A stretch of DNA of 64,000 nt, from assembly GCF_964194025.1 (NCBI RefSeq), contig NC_134473.1:44268001-44332000 (forward strand). The letters are read 5' to 3'. This DNA comes from Convolutriloba macropyga. Lineage: Eukaryota. Each line of letters opens with the position of its first letter. Within the stretch, counting starts at the first letter, position 1. The translations under genes and the position numbers were made by a program. The notes under the pieces were generated by a model. The model was not told the DNA's origin and searched no databases. It saw only the letters and a program-made list of their open reading frames with translations. Of this stretch, positions 26,186 through 36,300 are shown piece by piece.

Positions 26186-26609
26186 TGGAGTCAGTGTTGA
26201 CTTCCAACAAAAGGATTTAAAGACTTTACTTATGTTAATAAATATAAACTAAAACACTCAACCCTGATTGGTTAAAATTATTGAAATACCTTTCCTTTTA
26301 ATGTTTAACTGTTTACCCGTTGGTAACACAACACGCTACCCCTTTAGTCGGTACCAGTCATACCTGATATAATAATAAAGTATATTTCTCTCTCTCTACT
26401 CCGCTCTTGTTCTAGTATTGAGATATACGTTAGACTTTAGCATTTCGGCCGGTGCACTGTCTACTGAAGCTCAGATAGAAGAGTAACAGACTAGAGATCT
26501 AGAACTTTAGTTAGTCAGGTAAGCCTTAAGATTTGACTATATTCTTGAGACACCATAAGACAGAAGTAGAGTAACCTCTCAAGGTAACCCTACCTCAGCA
26601 CACGTCTTA
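26186..26609 (+). repeat. 3' LTR (424 bp), preceded by a short purine tract GGAAAGA
   Basis: Copy of 5122-5553 followed by TSD CCAG. Confidence 0.95.
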
Positions 26610-26613
26610 CCAG

Positions 26614-26653
26614 CAAGCTAGTGAATATCATTATTAAAATCGCTAACATTTAA
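26614..26653 (+). mobile_element. LINE ORF2 continuation; piece 3
   Basis: Joining across the CCAG TSD gives in-frame FRIRSSKLVNIIIKIANI. Confidence 0.75.
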
Positions 26654-27651
26654 TGTAAAAGAAACCAATTTGTCAAATTAAAATTACTTCCAATACTTAA
26701 AACAAACGTTTTCGAACTTTACGTTCATCGTCAGGTTAAAACTGTTTTACAAATTGTTAAAAGATAAAATGAATATGTATTTACATTTGTCTGAGATGAC
26801 AATTAAAACAATTCTAGGAAACATTCTAAAAAATTCAATCGAAAATTTTTCCTTATATACAACATTTAGCCTATTTACAACACATATTTACATCTGTTAT
26901 CAATTTACTTAAAAACATTCCTATTCCGGATTTTTCGATTTTGTCCATGTTCTTGTATTTTTAGGGTTATTCCGAATTCGCCCTAACCATAAGTATCCCT
27001 CTTGTGGAGGTTTTGCAAATTTCGTTTTGTCATGCACAAAATGTTTTTTGCCCTATGCATTCTCATTTAGTCAAAAATATGATTTGAACTAATATTTTAG
27101 CGTGAGTTCCCTCCCCCTATATTCGTCGCGTGTGTTTAGTGCCGGCTTCAGCTTGCTGATATATATAGCTTCGATGATCATTAGTTTTTCTACTGACCGA
27201 CAGGCGTCCAGAATTCTCCATTCAATGTCATTCGTGGCGCCACGACATTCAACTAGATGTTGACCCACCTGTGAATCCTTCTTTTGATGTTCTGTTATCC
27301 TTGTGGTAACATGCCGGCTTGTTTGCCCAACATAGATGGATCCGCATCCATTACATTTAATTTCATATACCACGTGGGATTTCAGATCTCTATCAAAGGA
27401 TGATTTCAAGGTGGGGAGGCACGATCTTAATTTTCGCGTTGTAAAAACTACTTGCAATTCGCATAGTTTCTTCAATTTGCTTGCGAAGTTTTGAGTGAGG
27501 TTGCCTCTGTATTGTAGAAAAATAGTTGGCTTATCATTAGATTTAGTCTTGCTTTTTTGATGCTCTTTTGGTGTTGTTCTTAATTGGTCTTTACCGCCAC
27601 TTATTATTTTTTCTAGAGTCTGATTCACAATTTTTGAAGACCATTCCTCTG
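26654..27651 (-). mobile_element. 5'-truncated Penelope-like element (GIY-YIG end + 3' region) with a 12-bp TSD
   Basis: ORF 27089-27628 (minus): LQYRGN, VFTTRKL, VYEIKCNGCGSIYVGQTSR, RITEH, EAIYI..KPALNTRDEYR; flanked by GCTAACATTTAA at 26642-26653 and 27652-27663. Confidence 0.92.
26701..26737 (-). ncRNA. minimal type I hammerhead ribozyme of the PLE
   Basis: Minus strand AAC-CTGACGA-T-GAAC-GTAAA-GTTC-GAAA-ACGT-TT-GTT: conserved boxes, stem II, palindromic stem III. Confidence 0.7.
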
Positions 27652-27663
27652 GCTAACATTTAA

Positions 27664-27810
27664 ATAAAGCAGATTGACAAACAATATCTAACAAATGTTT
27701 GCTGGAATTACTTCGAAAATTGTTACTCTGAAGTCAACTCCTGTTCTTGGACCTTGCTCTGCAATTGTGGCAGCTGTAACGCAATTCAGAAAGTGGTCAA
27801 CTCTACCCCT
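27664..27810 (+). mobile_element. LINE ORF2 C-terminus; piece 4
   Basis: KQYLTNVCWNYFENCYSEVNSCSWTLLCNCGSCN, a Cys-rich C-terminus of CR1-group ORF2; continues in frame from piece 3 across the TSD. Confidence 0.8.
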
Positions 27811-27965
27811 CAATGATGGGTGCAAACCCTTGTGCACACTACACAGAAGCCTAAACTCTCTCTCTGTCAATTCGAATAACTTCAATTTTATTCCAAGTGT
27901 TTCTCTCACCCACTAGTTGCATCCATTTTCATCAATGTAATATGTTTCACTTTCTGTCAGATTTG

Positions 27966-28501
27966 ATGGAAATGGTCGATAATAATGATCTGCCCGTCTT
28001 TCTCGCTGATTTCGGAGCCCAAGTTAGTGGTCTAACCGAGAAACTTCTGACCCGCGAATTGGACATTGTGAAGCAATCCAAGGAGTGCAAGGCGATTAAG
28101 AACAGCTGCGAAAGCTTTTTGACCGAGTTAGAGTCAAGCTTAATGGATCTACAGAAGAAATGCATATTTTTGTCTTTAGTGTTTTTAGACAACCTGAACC
28201 CCTCTGTCAATGATATTAATTTATCTTGTGAAAACTTGAAAGATTCTGTCCGTGTTCTGTACTCTGTGGTTTCAAATTGCCCTATGTCAATCGGACGCAC
28301 TTTGCTAAACAACTGGAATCTATTCCTGCGCAATGTGTGTCAAAGTTTAGTGGAATTTGTAAATTCATTATCAAAATCTGTGGCAGCAAGCGACAGCAGT
28401 CAAGTGAAAGCTAGCATTGGGAAATTATGTCACGATGTCGGGGGGATATCAAAAATCTCCAAAACCAACATGCAGGCAGCACGCATCTCAGTGCAATCCA
28501 G
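27966..28501 (+). CDS. CCNDBP1: Cyclin-D1-binding protein 1 (GCIP)-like, coding exon 1
   Basis: Acceptor TTTCTGTCAG at 27960; helical ORF with CIFLSLVF...P, CPMSIGRTL, SIGKLC...SKTNMQAA resembling the GCIP N-domain; donor AG|GTAG, phase 2. Confidence 0.75.
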
Positions 28502-28599
28502 GTAGCCTCATTGTAAACAACATAAAAGTATTATCCCGTGCGCTGTCTTCCCAGCATTTTTTAGTTTCTTGTGTCATAGGGCAGAATAACAAGACTTCA

Positions 28600-30190
28600 T
28601 AATGACTCTTTGACACAAAAATGGTATGCTGATGATGGTAGCGTCGTCGGTAAGTTAAAAGATATCAGGGCACTCTTCGACAAGCTCACTGAGCTCGGTC
28701 CCAAGTATGGATATCTTGTCAATCCTCCGAAGTGGCAGTTGATAATTAATCCAGGAGGCGAGCGCCAAGCGTCAACTGTGTTTGCAGGCACAAATGTGGA
28801 AATCACGCAGGGCGCTCGAGTCCTGGGATCAGTTATCGGAAGCTCTGAGGCCAGTAAAAATTTCCTGAAAGATGCAGAAACTAAATACACAAAAAGTTTA
28901 GACAGACTTGGTCAATTTGCTCTCACCTCTCCCCAGAATGCCTATGCATGTTTGACGAAGGGGGTTCAACAGAAGTTGAGCTTCCTCTCGCGTACTACAC
29001 CTTCCATGGACGGGGTTCTGGACAAGGTGGAGGAGCGGCTTGGCCGAGTCATACCGAACATCGTCGGCAAAGAAGTAATCCAAGAGGAAAGAGAACTTTT
29101 TTCTCTCCCTCTCAGAATGGGTGGGCTTAACATCGCTCTCCCACAAGATCTTCACAAAAATCTTGAGCAATCAGTTGAACTCTCAAGACCATTGGCGTCA
29201 TTCAATAATATTCAACAATGTGAAGTAGAGCAAACCAAGATCAGTCTCAGACAGAAAGCAGACAATCAACGTGAACTCATCTCGAAAAATCCAGAATAGA
29301 AAACAATCTACCAGAAATGAAGTATACCATCCAGCTGGCCTCGGAGAAAGGAGCATCAGGTTGGCTTAACGCGCTTCCGTTGTCCAAACATGGTTTTGAC
29401 CTCACGAAGACTGAGTTCCGTGATGGAATAGCACTTCCCTACACCTGGGAAGCGAAGAACACGCCAGCCATATGCCCATGCGGGAAAGAATTCAGCCTCA
29501 CCCATGCCCTCCATTGCGCCAAAGGCGGTTATACGCACCTACGACACAACGAAATTAGAGATGTGTTTGCAAACCTGATGGATGACGTTTGCCACGATGT
29601 ACAGATAGAGCCAAAACTTCAGTCGCTCGATGGAGAAATTTTCTCGAGTAATTCCACCACGACTGACGATGACGCTCGACTGGACATCAAGGCAAACGGT
29701 CTGTGGGGCTCCCGCTTTAATCGCACTTTCTTCGATGTGAAGATTTTCAACCCTCATGCGAAGAGCTGCCCTAAGACCATAAAAGATGCATACAAATATC
29801 ACGAGAGCATCAAGCGAAATAAGTACGAAGAGCGAATCCGCGAAACCGAACACAGCAGCTTCAATGCACTGGTTTTTGCTTGTTCGGGTGGTGCAGGTCC
29901 ATCAGCATCGCGCGTTATGAAACAACTCGCAACCAAGATCAGCGAAAAACGCGGAGAGCCGTACGCCGACACTATAAGCTACATCCGAACGAAAATCAGC
30001 TTCGCACTTCTGAGGAGCTGTGTTCTCTGCTTGAGGGGATGTCGTGCCCTCAAGCCTCGTGTTCTCAGTGAGACTTCGATTAGCGCCGTCGTGGAGGAGG
30101 GAAGGCTGCACTGAGTGTTTGGCTGCTTATCTTTATTCATTTGCTTATTCATTTTTATTTTAATCCTTTCATTCTAGTTCCCTATGTGTG

Positions 30191-30222
<32 letters not shown>
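28600..30222 (+). mobile_element. 5'-truncated CRE-like (RLE-type) non-LTR retrotransposon ending in (TA)n
   Basis: WYADD, GPKYGY..NPPK, LPLRMGGL, ASGWLNALP, CPCG...HALHC..GG...RHNEIRD zinc knuckle, RLDI..NGLW...FFDV..FNP restriction-like endonuclease; one frameshift near 29290. Confidence 0.88.
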
Positions 30223-30225
<3 letters not shown>

Positions 30226-30687
30226 TGCTTTCCTCTCCACTTATTTATTTTTGTGACTGGGCCGTCTTTACACTGTCTGGAGGGGAACAGCTTGGAGTGC
30301 AGCATCCGGCTACTAAGTGCTACTCATCATGCCCTATTTTTCGACCTACATCCATCGATGCCGGATGGTGTACACGGCCCTTTTTAAAGCTTGCGTGGCT
30401 GGAATTTAAATTATAAATTTCTATTACAAGTCTTTGCCAACCACGAAATACAAATTTTACAAGTTTTCGAAATGGGCACCTAAAAAAGCCCATGCCTGCT
30501 TTGTAACGGGAGGGGAACAATTGCCCCCCCCCGTGTACGAACCAGGCAAATCTACTGCTCATATCCTATGGTTTCTATCAAAGCATTGTTGTGCTTGATC
30601 TTAAGCATTAGTAGCATATAATACCTACGTAAAGAAAGGGGGTTATCATTCGATCCTTAACCATAGTAGTAGTAGTGGTAGTAGTAG

Positions 30688-30743
30688 CTGTAGCCTAACT
30701 TGAAAATGGTCCATTTTTGTCCCATTTTCAAGTTTGGCTACAG
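30688..30743. repeat. about 22-bp inverted repeat (hairpin)
   Basis: CTGTAGCCTAACTTGAAAATGG...CCATTTTCAAGTTTGGCTACAG. Confidence 0.8.
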
Positions 30744-31014
30744 AAAAGCATTACCCAAATTCAAGTGCCCATTTTCAATTCCAGTTTTGTGATGCCCAAA
30801 TTCCAGTTCCCAAAATGAGACCAAATTTGAGTTTGGCCCGATGCCCATTTTCATATCTAGTCATATGACTAGTATGACTAGAATAAAAATAGGTTATAAT
30901 TGGTTTTGTGTCGCGGCCAATTGATTGTTCGAACTTAAAACACTTCATTTGCAACTGAACGGCATAAATCAACTCCAGAAAACAAATAAAATCCTCCAAG
31001 TTTTAAACAAATCA

Positions 31015-33343
31015 AAGGATTTCGCAACTCGAAAACACTTAATTTTTATTATATTGTGATACCAATTTTCTCCAAGCCGTTCACAGGCAGAATTGTTAAC
31101 TATCCTGTGGATAAGGAGGTGTTTTGAAAAAATGGAGCGGCCAAAGACTTTGTCTTTAAGCAAAAAAAATCAACTTGAAAAAAATTAGGGGATCATTTCG
31201 AGTTGAGGGCTCTGGCCTTCAACTCGGGGTAATCCCCTATGTTGTTTGACCCCCCTAGAAATCCCATTTTATGGCCGTTATTTTAGGCCCATGTTTGTTT
31301 CCTGTAATTAACCCCTAAACAGGCGATGGACTTAAAGAAAATTGAAATACGCAAAAAAAATTTTAAAAGCTCCGGAAATCGCAACTCTAAAACACTTCAT
31401 TTTTTTTATATTGTGATACCAATCTTCTCCAAGCCGTTCACAGGCACAATTGTTAATTATGCTGCATTTGAGGAGGTGTTTTGAAAAAATTGGAGGGGCC
31501 AAAGACTTTGACTTTAAGCAAAAAAAATCAATTTGAAAAAAAATAGGGGATCATCTCGAGTTGAGGGCTGTGGCCTTCAACTCGGTGTGATCCATTATTT
31601 TTTTGACCCCCCTAGAAATCCCATTTTTTTCGTTATATTAAGCCCATGTTTGTTTCCGGTAATTAACCCCTAAACAGGCGATGGACTTAGAGAAAATTGA
31701 AATCCGCAAAAAAAATTTAAAAGCTACGGATTTCGCAACTCTAAAACACTTAATTTTTATTATATTGTGATACCAATCTTCTCCAAGCCGTTCACAGGCA
31801 GAATTGTTAACTATCCTGTGGATGAGGAGGTGTTTTGAAAAAATGGAGCGGCCAAAGACTTTGACTTTAATCAAGAAAATCAAATTGAAAAAAAATAATA
31901 GGGTATCATATCGAGTTGAGGGCTCTGGCCTTCAACTCGGGGTAATCCCCTATTTTTTGACCCCCTAGAAATCCCATTTTATGTCCGTTAATATAAGCCC
32001 GTGTTTGTTTCCGGTAATTAATCCCTAAACAGGCGATGTACTTAAAGAAAATTGAAATCCGCAAAAAATTTCTTGAAAAGCTCCGGATTTCGCAACTCTA
32101 AAACACTTAATTTTTATTATATTGTGATACCAATCTTCTCCAAGCCGTTCACAGGCAGAATTGTTAGCTATCCCGTGGATGAGGAGGTGTTTTGAAAAAA
32201 TTGGAGGGGCCAAAGACTTTGACTTTAAGCCAAAAAATCAATTAGAAAAAAAATAGGGGATCATCTCGAGTTGAGGGCTCGGGCCTTCAATTCGGGATGA
32301 TCCCCTACTTTTTTGACCCCCCTAAAAATCCCATTTTTTTTCGATATATTAGGCCCATGTTTGTTTCCGGTAATTAACCCCTAAACAGGCGATGGACTTA
32401 GAGAAATTTGAAATCCGCAAAAAAAATTTAAAAGCTCCGGATTTTGCAACTCTAAAACACTTAATTTTTATTTTATTGTGATACCAATCTTCTCCAAGCC
32501 GTTCACAGGCAGAATTGTTAACTATCCTGTGGATGAGGAGGTGTTTTGAAAAAATGGAGCGGCCAAAGACTTTGACTTTAATCAAGAAAATCAAATTGAA
32601 AAAAAAATAATAGGGGATCATATCGAGTTGAGGGCTCTGGCCTTCAACTCGGGGTAATCCCCTATTTTTTTGACCCCCTAGAAATCCCATTTTATGTCCG
32701 TTAATATAAGCCCGTGTTTGTTTCCGGTACTTAATCCCTAAACAGGCGATGTACTTAGAGAAAATTGAAATCCGCAAAAATTTTTTTGAAAAGCTCCGGA
32801 TTTCGCAACTCTAAAACACTTAATTTTTATTATATTGTGATACCAATCTTCTCCAAGCCCTTCACAGTCAGAATTGTTAACTATCCTCTGGATGAGGAGG
32901 TGTTTTGAAAAAAATTGCGTGGCCAAAGACTTTGACTTTAAGCGAAAAAATCAAATTGAGAAAAAAGTAGGGGATCATATCGAGTTGAGGGCTCTGGCCT
33001 TCAACTCGGGGTAATCCCCTATTTTTTTGACCCCTAGAAATCCTATTTTATGTCCGTGAATATAAGCCAATGTTTGTTTCCGGTAATTAGCCCCTTAACC
33101 GGCGATGTACTTAGAGAAAATTGAAATCCGCAAAAAAAATTTTAAAAGCTCCGGATTTTGCAACTCTAAAACACTTAATTTTTATTATATTGTGATACCA
33201 ATCTTCTCCAAGCCATTCACAGGCAGAATTGTTAACTATCCCGTGGATGAGGAGGTGTTTTGAAAAAAAAATGGAGGGGCCAAAGACTTTGACTTTAGGC
33301 CAAAAAATCAATTAGAAAAAAATAGTGGATCATCTCGAGTTGA
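31015..33343. repeat. satellite array 1, about 356-bp unit, about 6.5 copies
   Basis: GCAACTC.AAAACACTT recurs at about 31024, 31381, 31735, 32092, 32446, 32805, 33160. Confidence 0.95.
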
Positions 33344-33346
33344 GAT

Positions 33347-36300
33347 TAATTAAAGCTGCCCGAACAAGTGACTTAGCTAAATAAAATTTTCCCTTCAGTT
33401 TTCAGTTTGAAAGATTTTAGTGTTGAAGACATCTCAATGTCAGTCCGACTTCCCCTAATTTCAGTTTCTGACAGGAATTTTTACATAAAATACCGTCAAC
33501 ATTAGACATTAGCAAGTCACGTGAACCAAGCGTTCTGCCTCCTGAATATCCTGTCATCTTTAAAATAATGGTAATGTCGATGACATTGGTAATGGACTCT
33601 TCGGAAAAATACCAGATTTAATAGCTAGAATCTCCACTCGCATCAAGAATTGTTTCTGCAATTTTCATATACACCTGAATTTGACGAAAGTTCAAAGCCT
33701 ACCCCACTCGCCCAAAAATCTGAGAAGCAAACAGAAAATCATTTCAAAGCACAAATTATATCGGAGAAATTTTTACGCGAAATCCTATCAACATTAGACA
33801 GTACTAATTCTTGCTGTACAGGTGTATCTCATGCATTCTATCGTTATACACTGGAAAATTAGTAGTGTCCGATTTTTGTGATGGAGTCTTCGGAAACATA
33901 CCAGATTTAATAGCTAGAATCTCCACTCGCATCAAATGTTTGCAGTTTTCATACATCTGAATTTGAAGAAAGTTCAAAGCCTACCCCACATAACCATAAG
34001 CTGAGATGCAAACAGAAAATTAGTTCAAAGCTGTCACAACAAGTGACTTAGCTAAATGAAATCTTGCCTTCAGTTTTCAGTTTGAAAGGTTTTAATGTTG
34101 AAGACATGAATGTCAATCTGACATCCCCAAATTTCAGTTTCTGGCAGGAATTTTTACATGAAATACCGTCATAATTAGACATTAGCAAGTCATGTGAATC
34201 AAGCTTTCTGCCTCCTGCATATTCGATCATCTTAAAAAATTTGGTAATGTCTATGGCATTAGTAATGGAGTCTTCGGAAACACCAGATGTAGTAGCTAGA
34301 ACCTCTACTCGCATCAAGGAATGTTTCTGCAGTTTTCATATAGATCTGAATTTGAAGAAAGTTCAGAGCCTACCCCACATATCCAGAAGGTGAGAGGCAA
34401 ACAAAAAATTAGTTAAAGCTGCCCGAACAAGTGACTTAGCTAAATGAAATTTTCCCTTCAGTTTTCAGTTTGAAAGCTTTTAATGTTGAAGACATCTCAA
34501 TGTCAGTCCGACTTCCCCTAATTTCAGTTTCTGACAGGAATTTCTACATGAAATACCGTCAACATTAGACATTAGCAAGTCACGTGAACCAAGCGTTCTG
34601 CCTCCTGCATATCCTATCATCTTAAAAATTTTGGTAATGTCTAAGCCATTAGTAATGGAAACTTCGGAAACATACCAGATTTGATAGCTAGAATCTCCAC
34701 TCGCATCATGAAATGTTTCTGCAGTTTTCATATACTTCTTAATTTGAAGAAAGTTCAAAGCCTACCCCACATAACCAGAAGTTGAGAGGCAAACAGAAAA
34801 TTAGTTCAAAGCTGCCAGAACAAGTGACTTAGCTAAATGAAATCTTTCCGTCAGTTTTAGTTTGAAAGATTTTAGTGTTGAAGACATCTCAATATCAGTC
34901 CGACTTCCCCTAATTTCAGTTTCTGACAGGAATTTTTACATAAAATACCGTCAACATTAGACATTAGCAAGTCACGTGAACCAAGCGTTCTGCCTCCTGA
35001 ATATCCTATCATCTTTAAAATTCTGGTAATGTCTATGACATTGGTAATGGAGTCTTCGGAAACATACCAGATTTAATAGCTAGAATCTCCACTCGCATCA
35101 AGAAATGTTTGCAGTTTTCATACATCTGAATTTGAAGAAAGTTCATAGCCTACACCACATAACCAGAAGCTGAGAAGCAAACAGAAAATTTATTCAAAGC
35201 TGCCACAACAAGTGACTTCGCTAAATGAAATCTTGCCTTCGGTTTTCAGTTTAAAAGGTTTTAATGTTGAAGACATCAACGTCAATCTGACATCCCCAAA
35301 TTTCAGGTTCTGGCAGGAATTTTTACATGAAATACCGTCATTATTAGACATTTGCAAGTCATGCGAATCAAGCGTTCTGCCTCCTGCATATCCGATCATC
35401 TGAAAAATTTTGGTAATGTCTATGGCATTAGTAATGGAGTCTTCGGAAACACCAGATGTAGTAGCTAGAACCTCTACTCGCATCAAGGAATGTTTCTGCA
35501 GTTTTCATATAGATCTGAATTTGAAGAAAGTTCAGAGCCTACCCCACATATCCAGAAGGTGAGAGGCAAACAAAAAATTAGTTAAAGCTGCCCGAACAAG
35601 TGACTTAGCTAAATGAAATTTTCCCTTCAGTTTTCAGTTTGAAAGATTTTAATGTTGAAGACATCTCAATGTCAGTCCGACTTCCCCTAATTTCAGTTTC
35701 TGACAGGAATTTTTACATGAAATACCGTCAACATTAGACATTAGCAAGTCACGTGAACCAAGCGTTCTGCCTCCTGAATATCCTATCATCTTTAAAATTT
35801 TGGTAATGTTTATGACATTGGTAATGGAGTCTTCGGAAACATACCGGATTTAATAGCTAGAATCTCCACTCGCATCAAGAAATGTTTCTGCAGTTTTCAT
35901 ATACTTCTGAATTTGAAGAAAGTTCAAAGCCTACCCCACATAACCAGAAGGTGAGAGGCAAAGAGAAAATTAGTTCAAAGCTGCCAGAACAAGTGACTTA
36001 GCTAATTGGAATCTGCCCGTCAGTTTTCAGTTTGAAAGGTTTTAGTGTTGAAGACATCAATGTCAATCCGACTTCCCCAAATTTCAGTTTCTCGCAGAAA
36101 TTTTTAAATAAAATACCGTCAACATTTGACATTAGCAAGTCTTGTGAACCAAGCGTTCTGTGCCCTGCATATCCTATCATCTTAAAAATTTTGGTAATGT
36201 CTAAGCCATTAGTAATGGAAACTTCGGAAACATACCAGATTTAATAGCTAGAATCTCTACTCGCATCAAGAAATGTTAGTTTTCATATAGATCTGAATTT

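Larger units (their letters stand above)
5122..26609 (+). mobile_element. Giant (21,488 bp) env-bearing Ty3/Gypsy-type LTR retroelement, structurally complete but with disrupted ORFs
   Basis: Near-identical LTRs at both ends, 4-bp TSD CCAG (5118-5121 and 26610-26613), PBS, gag-PR-RT-RH-IN order, env and accessory ORFs. Confidence 0.95.

Noticed and set aside
31015-33343. CRISPR-like appearance (regular palindromic repeats)
   Set aside because: Whole units repeat with no unique spacers, no cas genes, eukaryotic context
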